Positions 1 to 9,740 of a DNA stretch of 63,270 nt are shown here, piece after piece. The stretch comes from Baekduia sp. (GTDB lineage Bacteria; Actinomycetota; Thermoleophilia; Solirubrobacterales; Solirubrobacteraceae): the NCBI GenBank assembly GCA_040509415.1, contig JBEVLC010000286.1, positions 1-63,270 of the forward strand, written 5' to 3'. Positions within the stretch are counted from its first letter, which is position 1. The number at the start of each line of letters is the position of its first letter. The translations under genes were made by a program, and so were the position numbers. The notes beneath the pieces are model-generated. The model did not search any database. It was given only the letters and a program-made list of their open reading frames with translations, and was not told the origin of the DNA.

Positions 1-8
1 CGCGACGG

Positions 9-458
9 TCAGCGCCGGGCCTCGATCGCGGCCAGGTGCGCGACGTTGGCGGCATCGTCGGCATCGGCACTCGGCGCCGCGGCGAACCAGGCGTCGAGGA
101 TCTCCGCCAGCTCCGCCGCCGAGGTCGTGCGCAGCGAGAGCGCCAGGACGTTCGCGTCGTTCCAGCGCCGTGCGCCCTGCGCCGTGGCGGCGTCGCCACA
201 GAGCGCGGCGCGGATGCCCGGCACCGTGTTGGCCGCGATCGACGCGCCCGTGCCGGTCCAGCAGCACACGATGGCCTGGTCGGCGGTGCCCTCGGCCACG
301 TCGCGCGCGGCGGCCTCCGCACACCAAGCCCAGTCGTCGCGCCCCGCCTCGCTCAGCGCGCCATGCGCCGCGACGACCATGTGCCCGCGGTCGGCCAGCG
401 CCGCGGCGAGCGCGTCGGCGACACCCGTCCGCTCGTCGGCTGCGAGGGCGATGCGCAT
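9..458 (-). CDS. rpiB: RpiB/LacA/LacB family sugar-phosphate isomerase
   Basis: MRIALAAD N-terminus, CCWTGTGASIAAN and ARRWNDANVLAL motifs; start moved to the second Met. Confidence 0.85.
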   Translation of the reverse strand: MRIALAADERTGVADALAAALADRGHMVVAAHGALSEAGRDDWAWCAEAAARDVAEGTADQAIVCCWTGTGASIAANTVPGIRAALCGDAATAQGARRWNDANVLALSLRTTSAAELAEILDAWFAAAPSADADDAANVAHLAAIEARR

Positions 459-526
459 CGTCGTCTGAGTATGACGGCCGGTCCATCGCCGCAACCTCCG
501 GCCGCTCGCCTACGTTGATGATGCAC

Positions 527-1879
527 ATGCGTCGCCTCCTCCTCTCCCTTCTCCTGCTCGCGGCCGTCACCCCCAGCGCCGGCGCGGCCACGTGGTCGGC
601 GCCCCAAACCGTCTCTGCGCCCCACACCTTCGCCGGCCCGCTGCTGACCGCGACCGGCTTGGACGGCACGCTCGTCGCCGGCTGGCCGTGGCAGGACACC
701 GTCGGCAACGACGCCATCGGTGGGGAGTCGGCGGCCAACCGCGCGCCCGGGCAGGCCTTCGCGCCCGAGCATCCCGCACCCGACGGGCTCGTCGGCCTGG
801 CTCCCTTCGCCCACACGCAGGCGGTCGCGCTCGCCCAACAGGGGATTCCCGGCCGTCCGGGACCGACGGGCGCCATCCGCTACCGCCTCAACGTCGCGTT
901 CGCCCCGCTCAGCGGCGGCTTCGGCGCCACCCGGACCCTCGTCACCGCGCCGGTCGTCGGCCAGGCCCAGATCGCCGCCAACAGCCGCGGCACCGTCCTC
1001 GTCGCCTGGATCGAGGTCGCCAAGACGAGCTCCGGCGCCACGCGCCGGATCGTGCGCGCGATCGAGCGCCGCAACGGCCGCTTCGGCAGGCCGTTCACGC
1101 TCTCGGGCAAGGGCCGCGCCGACACGGTCGCGATCGCGGTCGGCGAGCGCGGCGACCAGGCCATCGCCTTCGTCCGCCAGGGCGACGTCCTGGCCCGCGT
1201 CAAGCGCCCCGGCCACAGCTGGGGCAGCCAGCAGCGCGTCGCGCGCGCCGACGGTGGGACGCAGTGGCGGCTGCTCACCAAGATCGACCAGCGCGGTCAG
1301 GTCCGCCTGATCTGGCGCCGCCACCAACTGCGGCGCGACGGCGTCGCCGGCCGGACCGCCCTGGAGGGCACGGCGATGCTCACCGGCCGCGGGCGCTTCC
1401 TGCCCGCCCAGACGATCCTGCCCGATGGCTCCAGCATGCCCGCGCTCGTCCAGGCCGCCAGCGGCTGGGCGCTCGCGACCACGGCGACGACCGTCGACGG
1501 CCCACGCCCCGTCCTCTTCCGGACCCGCGGCGCATCCACCTTCGGCGCCCCCGAGCCCGCCGCGCCGGCCCAAGGCGGCCTGCGCGGCACCGACGTCGCC
1601 TTCACCGCCGGCGGCGCGATCACGCTGGCCTGGGTCCAGCCGGTGGCGGGCCAGAACTCCGACGGGATCGTCCGCGCCGCCACGCTGGGACCCGACGCGA
1701 CCTTCGGCCCGGTCGAGGACGTCAGCCCCGCCGAGGCCGCCCACGAGGTCCGGCTCGGCACCGACCCGCGGTACGTAGGACCCGTCGCGCTCTGGACCGC
1801 CCGCCCCGACGGCGCCGGCCCGGGCACGCCGATCGCCCAGATCAAGACCGTCGTGCGCAGCGCCGTCCGCCTCCCGTAG
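527..1879 (+). CDS. Secreted beta-rich hypothetical protein
   Basis: Signal peptide MRRLLLSLLLLAAVTPSAGA; repeated 'F/W..P..V/LS' and 'V.V.W' blades; high-GC codon bias. Confidence 0.7.
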   Translation: MRRLLLSLLLLAAVTPSAGAATWSAPQTVSAPHTFAGPLLTATGLDGTLVAGWPWQDTVGNDAIGGESAANRAPGQAFAPEHPAPDGLVGLAPFAHTQAVALAQQGIPGRPGPTGAIRYRLNVAFAPLSGGFGATRTLVTAPVVGQAQIAANSRGTVLVAWIEVAKTSSGATRRIVRAIERRNGRFGRPFTLSGKGRADTVAIAVGERGDQAIAFVRQGDVLARVKRPGHSWGSQQRVARADGGTQWRLLTKIDQRGQVRLIWRRHQLRRDGVAGRTALEGTAMLTGRGRFLPAQTILPDGSSMPALVQAASGWALATTATTVDGPRPVLFRTRGASTFGAPEPAAPAQGGLRGTDVAFTAGGAITLAWVQPVAGQNSDGIVRAATLGPDATFGPVEDVSPAEAAHEVRLGTDPRYVGPVALWTARPDGAGPGTPIAQIKTVVRSAVRLP

Positions 1880-1987
1880 GGGGACCATCCGTCCAGGTCG
1901 GTTTGCGCACCCGGCACCCTTCTGGGGATGGCTGTAACCGAGGGATTGGACTACGTGCCGCTGGACGGCCGTCTAGGCTCCGCGGCG

Positions 1988-3193
1988 ATGGAGGCCTCGT
2001 CGGACAAGGGCGTGACACCGCAAGGCGTGCGCGCCGGCGACCCCGCCGCGCTGCAGGCGCTGGTGGACCGTCGCGGTCCCGCGGTCATCGCGTTCTGCAC
2101 GCAGGTCTGCGGCCCGCAGGCCGCCGATCGCGCCGCTGCCGAGGCCTTCGCGCGCTTCCGCGCCGCGGTGCGCGACGCACACGACCTCAAGAGCCTCGAT
2201 CCCGAGGCGCTGTTGCGCGGGGCCACGCGCCACGCCGCGGCGTCGATGGCGCGCCAGCCCTCGGGCCCGCCGCCGCATGGCAAGTTGCGCAGCCGCGGCA
2301 CCGAGACGTGCGTGCACGTGCCGACGATGCTCGCCGCGCGCGCCAACGGCGCGCTGGGTCCGGCCGATTTGGAGCGCATCGCCCGCCACCTCGATCGCTG
2401 CGAGCGCTGCAACGCGCTGGCCGAGATCTTCCGCCGCGCCGAGCTGGCTTACCAGGACCCGCCGGTCGACACGCTCGGGACCGACACGTCGTCGGTGCTG
2501 CTCGACGCGCTGCGCGCGGTCCCCGAGCACGGCCACGAGATCGCGCCCGCCCCGGCCGCCGGCACGCCTGCCGGTCCCGCGTTGGACGGCGCGTTCCCGC
2601 ACCTGCCCGACCTCGACGACGAGGTACCGATCGCGGTCGCCGTGCCGGCGCCGGCAGAGGAGCCCGAGGCCGAAGCCGAGCCGGAGGCCGAGGCCGACAC
2701 GGTCGCGGCGACCGAGGACGAGCTCGTGGCCGAGGACGATGACGACCTCTCAGCCGAGGACGAGGACGACCTCGCCGCCGACGACGACTTCGGCGAGACC
2801 ACCGAGTGGGACCACGAGCTGCCCGACGCGACCCTCGCGCCCGAGCCGGTCGCCGCCGAGGCCCCGTTGCTGACCGGCGGCCACACGCGCCGCGGCGGCA
2901 GCCCGCGTCCGCTCGTCATCCTGCTGCCGCTGCTGCTCGTCCTCGCGCTCGCCACGGGCGCAGCCGCCATGGCCGGCTTCTTCGACGGCGACGACGGCGC
3001 CGCGACGATCTCCAAGCCGCTCGCCCCGCGGGTCCAGGCGCCGGTGACGACCCCGCTGCCGATCCGCCTCAAGGTGGCCAAGCCGGCGACCGCCACCCCG
3101 ACGGCATCCTCGGCCACGCCCGCCGCAACCGACACGCCGGCCGCGGGCGAGTCCACGACGGACGCCACCGGCACCGCCACCAGCTCGCCCTGA
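1988..3193 (+). CDS. Sigma-70 region-2-like domain + zf-HC2 (ZAS) + acidic linker + TM protein
   Basis: GDPAALQALVDRRGPAV...AAAEAF; C-x25-HLDRCERC; TM PLVILLPLLLVLAL; TAGGCT 8 nt before ATG 1988. Confidence 0.65.
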   Translation: MEASSDKGVTPQGVRAGDPAALQALVDRRGPAVIAFCTQVCGPQAADRAAAEAFARFRAAVRDAHDLKSLDPEALLRGATRHAAASMARQPSGPPPHGKLRSRGTETCVHVPTMLAARANGALGPADLERIARHLDRCERCNALAEIFRRAELAYQDPPVDTLGTDTSSVLLDALRAVPEHGHEIAPAPAAGTPAGPALDGAFPHLPDLDDEVPIAVAVPAPAEEPEAEAEPEAEADTVAATEDELVAEDDDDLSAEDEDDLAADDDFGETTEWDHELPDATLAPEPVAAEAPLLTGGHTRRGGSPRPLVILLPLLLVLALATGAAAMAGFFDGDDGAATISKPLAPRVQAPVTTPLPIRLKVAKPATATPTASSATPAATDTPAAGESTTDATGTATSSP

Positions 3194-3241
3194 CGAACGG
3201 GCGTAACGCCCCTAAACCTGCCTATATGTACGCTCGCGGAC

Positions 3242-3358
3242 ATGCGCGGGTGGCATGCTCCACGGATCGCCGAGGACGTCGTCCTCGCGGTCGCGTGTGC
3301 ACGACTGCCCGCGCCGGCCCACAACGGGGGCGCGCAGGTCGTGCTCGATGCCGTGTGA
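3242..3358 (+). CDS. Possible 38-aa leaderless upstream ORF coupled to the aldehyde dehydrogenase
   Basis: TACGCT 7 nt before ATG; its TGA overlaps the next gene's GTG (GTGA at 3355-3358). Confidence 0.3.
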   Translation: MRGWHAPRIAEDVVLAVACARLPAPAHNGGAQVVLDAV

Positions 3359-4974
3359 CTGAGCTGTCGCCGTTCCACAACGAGCCGGTGCTGGACCTCA
3401 CCCAGGCCGTGCACCGTGACGAGCTGCGCAAGGGCCTCTCGTGGCTGGACGAGCGGCTACCACTCCCGGCACCGATCTGGATCGGGCAGGAACGTCGAGA
3501 TGGGCAGCGGATCGTCTCGACCGACCCGGCAGATCCTGAGCGCGTCGTCGCCACAGCGCCGATCGCCACCGCGGCAGAGGTCACGGCCGCTGTCGGCACC
3601 GCCGAGCGCGGCTATCGGCAGTGGGCAGCCGTGCCGGCGCGCGAGCGCGCCGTCGTCCTCTCGCGCGCTGCGGCCTGGCTGCGCGAGCGCCGCGCCACGT
3701 TCGCCGCCCTCTGCGTGCGCGAGGCGGGGAAGCCGTGGGCCGAGGCCGACGCCGACGTCTGCCAGGCCATCGACTTCCTGGAGTTCTACGCGCGCGGTGC
3801 CGTCGCGCTGGGTCGCGGGCGCGCGCTCTTCCAAGTTCCAGGCGAGCGCAACAGCCTGCACTACGTGCCGCGTGGGATCGTCGCGGCGATCGCGCCATGG
3901 AACTACCCGATCGCCATCCCCGCGGGGATGGTCGCCGCCGGGCTGGCGACCGGCAACGCGGTGGTCTTCAAACCTGCCGAGCAGACACCGTTGTGCGGGT
4001 TCGTGCTCGTCGAGGCGCTGCGAGACGCAGGTGTGCCGCCTGACGCTCTCGGACTCCTACAGGGCAATGCCGAGACGGGCGCCGCGCTCATCCGCGACCC
4101 GCGCGTGGCGACGATCGCGTTCACCGGCTCCAGCCGCACCGGCCTCGACATCCTCGCCGCGACTGGCGACGTCGTGCCCGGACAGCGCCAGATCAAGCGC
4201 GCCATCGTCGACATGGGTGGCAAGAACTGCATCATCGTCGACGAAGACGCCGACCTCGACAGCGCGATCGCCCCCATCATCCACTCGGCGTTCGCATATG
4301 CCGGCCAGAAGTGCTCGACGGCGTCGCGCCTGCTGGTGCATGACGCCATCGCAGATGAGCTCATCGAGCGCATGTCGGCTGCCGTCGAGGCGCTCAAGGT
4401 CGGTGCGCCCGAGGCGTTCGACACGGTCGTCGGCCCGGTGATCGACCGCCGCGCCCAGGCGCGAATCGCCCACGCCACCCGGCAGGCGGCGGCGTCGGGC
4501 CAGGTCGTCGCCCACCACCCGGCGCAAGAGCTCCCAGAGCGTGGCTGGTACTGCCCGCCGATCGTCGTCGCCGATGTCGACCCGCGCGCCGCCGTCTTGC
4601 GCGACGAGGTGCTCGGACCACTGCTGACGATCGAGCGTGTGCTGTCGATCGACGACGCCTGCCACCGCATCGACATGCTCCCCTACGCCCTGACCGGCGG
4701 CCTGTTCTCCCGCAGCCAGGACACGGTCGAGCACGTCGTCGCGCGCACGCCGGTCGGCAACCTGTACGTCAACCGCGCGATCACCGGCGCGGTCGTCGGC
4801 CGCCAGCCCTTCGGCGGCAACCGTTTGTCTGGCACCGGCTCCAAGGCCGGTGGCCCTGACTACCTCCTGCAGTTCGTCGAGCCGCTCGTCGTGACCGAGA
4901 GCGCAATGCCGCCGCCGAAGCGCACAGCGCGCTTCGATCCCGACCGCCGGACGGCCGACCACACGCCGCAGTGA
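3355..4974 (+). CDS. Aldehyde dehydrogenase, 1-pyrroline-5-carboxylate dehydrogenase-like (resembles PutA C-terminal half)
   Basis: PFHNEP, PWNYP, KPAEQTP, FTGS, MGGKN, AGQKCS, YALTGG, QPFGG and GGPDYL motifs. Confidence 0.85.
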   Translation: MTELSPFHNEPVLDLTQAVHRDELRKGLSWLDERLPLPAPIWIGQERRDGQRIVSTDPADPERVVATAPIATAAEVTAAVGTAERGYRQWAAVPARERAVVLSRAAAWLRERRATFAALCVREAGKPWAEADADVCQAIDFLEFYARGAVALGRGRALFQVPGERNSLHYVPRGIVAAIAPWNYPIAIPAGMVAAGLATGNAVVFKPAEQTPLCGFVLVEALRDAGVPPDALGLLQGNAETGAALIRDPRVATIAFTGSSRTGLDILAATGDVVPGQRQIKRAIVDMGGKNCIIVDEDADLDSAIAPIIHSAFAYAGQKCSTASRLLVHDAIADELIERMSAAVEALKVGAPEAFDTVVGPVIDRRAQARIAHATRQAAASGQVVAHHPAQELPERGWYCPPIVVADVDPRAAVLRDEVLGPLLTIERVLSIDDACHRIDMLPYALTGGLFSRSQDTVEHVVARTPVGNLYVNRAITGAVVGRQPFGGNRLSGTGSKAGGPDYLLQFVEPLVVTESAMPPPKRTARFDPDRRTADHTPQ

Positions 4975-4985
4975 TCTGACTGGCG

Positions 4986-5546
4986 TTACGCCACGCGGGC
5001 GCGGACGCGCTCGAGGAACTGCGCGTGGACGCGACGCTCGCCACTCAACTCCGGGTGGAACGCGACGACGGTGATCGCGCCCTCCCGCGCGGCGACCGGA
5101 TGGCCGTCGACAGAGGCGAGGATCTCGACAGCGTCGCCGTGCTCCTCGATCCACGGCGCGCGGATGAAGACGGCGTGGACCGGCTCGTCGAAGTCGGGGA
5201 AGTCGAGGTCGGCCTCGAAGGAGCGGATCTGGCGGCCGAACGCGTTGCGGCGGGCGACGATGTCCATCAGCCCGAGATGGTCGCGGTCGAGCATGATCAG
5301 CCCGGCGCAGGTGCCGAGGACCGGAACACCAGCGCGCACGACCTCGCCCAAAGGCCCGGCCAGCCCCTCGCGCGCGATCCCGAGCGTCATGGTCGTCGAC
5401 TCGCCGCCGGGCAGGACCAGCCCATCAAGGCCATCCAGATCGGCGGGGACGCGGACCTCGCACACGTCGGCGCCGAGGTCGCGCAGCATCTTCAGGTGCG
5501 CGTCGAACCCGCCCTGGAGCGCCAGGACGCCGACGAGCGGAGCCAA
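4986..5546 (-). CDS. pdxT: PLP synthase glutaminase subunit
   Basis: GVLALQG, PGGESTT, GTCAG, RNAFGRQ, FIRAP and FHPEL; abuts pdxS. Confidence 0.97.
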   Translation of the reverse strand: MAPLVGVLALQGGFDAHLKMLRDLGADVCEVRVPADLDGLDGLVLPGGESTTMTLGIAREGLAGPLGEVVRAGVPVLGTCAGLIMLDRDHLGLMDIVARRNAFGRQIRSFEADLDFPDFDEPVHAVFIRAPWIEEHGDAVEILASVDGHPVAAREGAITVVAFHPELSGERRVHAQFLERVRARVA

Positions 5547-6431
5547 TTACCAGCCTCGGTTGGCGAGCACTTGCGACTCGTCGAGCTTGCGCGCTTCCAG
5601 CGACACCATCGCCGCGCCAAGCCCCGTCGAGGCCGCCGCGACGCGCTCGGCGTCGGCGTAGTGCGTCGTCGCCTCGACGACCGCGCGCGCCATCGCCTCC
5701 GGGTTGGAGGACTTGAAGATCCCCGAGCCGACGAAGACCGACTCGGCGCCCAACTGCATCATCAACGAGGCGTCAGCCGGCGTGGCGATGCCGCCGGCGC
5801 TGAACAGCGGCACGGGCAGCTTGCCGTTCTGCGCGACGCCGCGCACGATGTCGTAGGGCGCTTGGAGCTCCTTGGCCGCGACGAACAGCTCGGTCTCATC
5901 CAAGGTGCCCAACCGCCGGATCTCCCCGGTGATCGAGCGCATGTGGCGCACGGCCTCGACCACGTCACCGGTGCCGGCCTCGCCCTTGGAGCGGATCATG
6001 GCCGCGCCCTCGCCGATGCGCCGCAGCGCCTCACCCAAGTTGGTGGCCCCGCAGACGAACGGGATCCGGAACGCCCACTTGTCGATGTGATGGGCCTCGT
6101 CGGCCGGCGTCAGGACCTCGGACTCGTCGATGTAGTCGACCTCCAGCGCCTCCAGCACCTGCGCCTCGGCGAAGTGGCCGATGCGCGCCTTGGCCATGAC
6201 GGGGATCGTCACGGCCTCCTGGATGCCCTTGATCATCGCGGGGTCGCTCATGCGCGCCACCCCGCCGTCGCGGCGGATGTCTGACGGGACGCGCTCCAGC
6301 GCCATCACCGCCGCGGCACCTGCATCCTCGGCGATCTTGGCCTGCTCGGCATCGACGACGTCCATGATGACGCCGCCCTTGAGCATCTCGGCCAGACCGG
6401 CCTTGACCCGGAACGTTGCTTCGTCTCGCAT
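5547..6431 (-). CDS. pdxS: PLP synthase lyase subunit
   Basis: [32 protein letters not shown] and FVGSGIFKS. Confidence 0.98.
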   Translation of the reverse strand: MRDEATFRVKAGLAEMLKGGVIMDVVDAEQAKIAEDAGAAAVMALERVPSDIRRDGGVARMSDPAMIKGIQEAVTIPVMAKARIGHFAEAQVLEALEVDYIDESEVLTPADEAHHIDKWAFRIPFVCGATNLGEALRRIGEGAAMIRSKGEAGTGDVVEAVRHMRSITGEIRRLGTLDETELFVAAKELQAPYDIVRGVAQNGKLPVPLFSAGGIATPADASLMMQLGAESVFVGSGIFKSSNPEAMARAVVEATTHYADAERVAAASTGLGAAMVSLEARKLDESQVLANRGW

Positions 6432-6477
6432 TTGACGACCCATGATAGAGCCGGGTGGGCGGGACCTACTTCGCGAC

Positions 6478-7365
6478 CTACTTCAGCCTGAAGGCCTTGA
6501 TCCGATCGGCGTATTGGTCGGCATCGCGGCTGTACACGCCATACGCCAGCGCCTGGATCGTGGACAGCAGCGCCGTGTGCGAACGCACGTAGGCGGGTGA
6601 GTTGCTCGAGTAGTACAACGTGGTCTGGGCGAGCTTGGCCACTTCGGACAGCGTCGCGTCGACGACCGCGAGCGTGGGCGCCTTGCGGTGGCGCGCGAGC
6701 TTCATCGCACGCACGACGAGCGGGTGTGGGCGGCCGGCCGACAGGCCGATCACCAGCGTGCGCTCGTCGATGCGACCGAGGCGGCTGAGCGCCTCCTGCG
6801 ACGGCGAGGCGACGATCTCGGCCCGCAGGTCCAACAACATCAAGAGGTGGCGGAAGTAGGACGCGAAGAAGGCCATCTGGTCGGTCCCACAGACCAGGAC
6901 GCGATCGGCGGAGACGATCGCGTCGATCGCGGCCTCCACATCCGAGCGCGAGACACGTCGTGCCGTCTCCTCGACGTTCTGATAATCGGCGGCGATCGCG
7001 GTCTCGAACTCGTTCTGGTCGAGCGAGAACAGTGGCTCGGGCGACGTCGTCGCCGCGCCGCCGACTTGGCCGGAGGCGACCTTGCGCCGGTACTCCTCCC
7101 GCGCGGAGTGCTGGAGCTCGGGGAAGCCCTCGAAGCCCAGCGCCTGCGAGAAGCGCACGACCGTCGAGCTGGAGGTGTTCGCGCGGCGCGCGAGCTCCTC
7201 CGCCGTCTGGAACGCGACCTCGTCCAGGTGATCGACGATGTACTGCGCAACATCCTTCTGGGAGCGCGAGAACTCGTCGAATCGCGCCTGGATGTAGGCG
7301 GAAAGGGTCTGGTGGCCACGCGCCTCGTGCGGCGGGGCGGTGATGGTCGCGGACGTCCTCTTCAT
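6478..7365 (-). CDS. MurR/RpiR family transcriptional regulator
   Basis: [31 protein letters not shown] followed by a SIS domain. Confidence 0.92.
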   Translation of the reverse strand: MKRTSATITAPPHEARGHQTLSAYIQARFDEFSRSQKDVAQYIVDHLDEVAFQTAEELARRANTSSSTVVRFSQALGFEGFPELQHSAREEYRRKVASGQVGGAATTSPEPLFSLDQNEFETAIAADYQNVEETARRVSRSDVEAAIDAIVSADRVLVCGTDQMAFFASYFRHLLMLLDLRAEIVASPSQEALSRLGRIDERTLVIGLSAGRPHPLVVRAMKLARHRKAPTLAVVDATLSEVAKLAQTTLYYSSNSPAYVRSHTALLSTIQALAYGVYSRDADQYADRIKAFRLK

Positions 7366-7454
7366 GGGCGACCGGTCTTTCGACACTCCGGAGGTGGAGT
7401 CCTCCAAAAACGCATCCGATCGGTCTCCGGGTTCTGCTTGGGTAGAGCGCAGAC

Positions 7455-8567
7455 GTGAGCGGACGCGAGGTCATCGAGGCGGCCGCCGAGCGGTCACGGG
7501 TCACGTGGCGGGCGCGCGTGGCGCGGCTGCGACGGCTGGCCCCCACGCTGCTGATGGGCGCGATCGCCGCGGGGGCCGCGTGGTACATCGCGACCAAGCT
7601 GGTCGGCGAGGAGGGCGCGTTCTTCGCGCCGGTCGCGGCGATCATCACGCTGGGGCTGACGGTCGGGTCGCGGCTGAACCGCGCGATCGAGCTGTCGCTC
7701 GGCGTGCCGCTCGGGATCGCGCTGGCCGATGTGCTGGTCCTCCAGATCGGCTCGGGCACCTGGCAGCTGATCGGGATCGTCTTCCTGGCCACCTCGATCG
7801 CGGTCTTCCTCGGCGGCGGCCCGCTGCTGGTCACCCAGGCCGCGGTGTCGGCGATCCTCGTCGTGACGCTGCAGCCGCCGACCGACGGCCTGTCGTTCAC
7901 GCGCGCGGCCGACGCGCTGATCGGCTGCGGGGTGGCGCTGCTGCTGAACTTCGTCATCGCACCGATCGACCCCATGGCCTTGGTCCGGCGTGAGGCGGCG
8001 CCGGTCCTCGACGAGCTGGCCGCGGTGCTCGACGACATCGCGGGCGCCCTCGTCGACCGCGATCGCGACCGGGCGATCGCCGCCATGCGCCGCGCGCGCG
8101 ACATCGACGCCTCCACCCAGCGCTTCCTGGAGGCGCTGACGATCGGGCGCGAGACCGCCGCCGCCGCGCCGGCGCGGCGCGTGCAGCGCGGACCGCTGGC
8201 GATCTACAGCGAAGGCGGCGGTCAGATCGACCTCGCCGTGCGTAACGTCCGCGTGCTGGCGCGTGGCGTGCTGCGGGCGATCGACACCGGCGACCGGGTG
8301 CCGCCGGCGGTCGCCGACGCGCTGGGCGAGCTGCGCCAAGCGGTGCTCGCGCTGGCCCCGTGGCTGGAGGATCCGCGGCGCGTCGATGCGGTCGTCAAGC
8401 CCGCCGTCGCGGCCGCGCGCCACGCCAGCGCCGTGCTCGATCAGACCACCAACCTGTCGGTCAGCGTGATCGTCGGGCAGGTGCGCTCGACGGCCGCCGA
8501 CCTGCTACGCACCACCGGCATGGAGCCGGAGGAGGCGCGGGCCCGGATCCGCGGTCAGCGCACCTGA
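7455..8567 (+). CDS. FUSC / aromatic acid exporter family membrane protein
   Basis: FFAPVAAII motif, ~6 TM segments, then a helical cytoplasmic domain. Confidence 0.8.
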   Translation: MSGREVIEAAAERSRVTWRARVARLRRLAPTLLMGAIAAGAAWYIATKLVGEEGAFFAPVAAIITLGLTVGSRLNRAIELSLGVPLGIALADVLVLQIGSGTWQLIGIVFLATSIAVFLGGGPLLVTQAAVSAILVVTLQPPTDGLSFTRAADALIGCGVALLLNFVIAPIDPMALVRREAAPVLDELAAVLDDIAGALVDRDRDRAIAAMRRARDIDASTQRFLEALTIGRETAAAAPARRVQRGPLAIYSEGGGQIDLAVRNVRVLARGVLRAIDTGDRVPPAVADALGELRQAVLALAPWLEDPRRVDAVVKPAVAAARHASAVLDQTTNLSVSVIVGQVRSTAADLLRTTGMEPEEARARIRGQRT

Positions 8568-9598
8568 GCGCGCAAGACGACGCGGTCCTTGCCGTCGGCC
8601 TTGGCCATCAGCAGGCGCTCGTCGGCCGCCTTGAAGAGCGTCGCGACGGTCCCCGCGTCGTCGGGGGCGACGGCCACACCGGCCGACGCGGTCATCGGCC
8701 CGGCGATCGACCACACGGCGTCGCGCACCGCGGACACGAGGCGCTCGGCACAGCGCGCGGCCTCACGCTCGTCGGCGCTGGGGAGGATCACGCCAAACTC
8801 CTCACCGCCGGTGCGGCACACGACGTCACCGGCGCGGACGTGGGCCGCGAGGACCTCGCCGAAGGCGACGAGCACCTGGTCGCCGACCGGATGGCCGTGC
8901 ACGTCGTTGACACGCTTGAAGTCGTCGACGTCGAGCAGCACCAAGCCGACCGAGGTCACGTCGCGTTGTGCGCGGGCCAGCTCGGCGGCCAGCCGCTCGT
9001 GGAAGTGGCGACGGTTGAAGAGGCCGGTCAGCTCGTCGGTCCGGGCCTGCTCAGAGAGCAGCTCGCGGCGCCGCGCGTTGTCATAAGCCAGCGCCGCGAG
9101 GCTGGCGAAGCGCTTGATCAGCTGCGCCTCCTCGGGCGAGAAGGTCGGGATCGTCCCGGCGAGCTCGGGCGCCGAGTCCTCACGCCAGACGTTGAGCGTC
9201 CCGATCACGTGGTCGGCGACGATCAGCGGGCAGAAGACGATCGCCTCGAGGTCCTGTGGCGTGTCGGCGATGATGTAGCGGCCGAACCACGGATGGCCGG
9301 GCTCGAGGTGCACGATCTGGCGCGAACGCACGACCTTGCCGGTGATCGAGTCGTTGAGCGCGGGCGGGTCGGCCAGCGTCTCCTCGACGAACAGGCCCTC
9401 GGCGAAGACCGGGATCAGGAGCTGACGGTCGGCGTCGACCTCATAGATCGCCAGGCTCGTGTAGGGCACGATGCCGCGCAGCGCGCGGGCCATCGACTGC
9501 AGCGTGGCGTCCAGGGACTGCTCGGCCAGGACACCGGCCACCGCATCGATGATCGACTCGAGCCCGCGGACCACGCGGGTGGCAGAGACGGCTTGCAT
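8555..9598 (-). CDS. GAF-GGDEF diguanylate cyclase
   Basis: TDELTGLFNRR, DVDDFKRVND, RAGD I-site and GGEEF. Confidence 0.92.
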   Translation of the reverse strand: MQAVSATRVVRGLESIIDAVAGVLAEQSLDATLQSMARALRGIVPYTSLAIYEVDADRQLLIPVFAEGLFVEETLADPPALNDSITGKVVRSRQIVHLEPGHPWFGRYIIADTPQDLEAIVFCPLIVADHVIGTLNVWREDSAPELAGTIPTFSPEEAQLIKRFASLAALAYDNARRRELLSEQARTDELTGLFNRRHFHERLAAELARAQRDVTSVGLVLLDVDDFKRVNDVHGHPVGDQVLVAFGEVLAAHVRAGDVVCRTGGEEFGVILPSADEREAARCAERLVSAVRDAVWSIAGPMTASAGVAVAPDDAGTVATLFKAADERLLMAKADGKDRVVLRAQVR

Positions 9599-9740
9599 GC
9601 GCTCCCCCAGAGCATCGGCCGAATGGGAGCCCGATGAAGCGCCCGGGTCGGTTTGCGAACAGCATCGTGCACTGACACCGCCGCCCGGGGTTGGCGCGCC
9701 GGCGGTGATCTGATCGCCGATCCCCCGCGCTAGGGGCCGT

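Noticed and set aside
1896-1910. GGTCGGTTTGCG shared with 9646-9657
   Set aside because: Only two copies, no palindrome and no consistent distance to start codons; plausibly chance.
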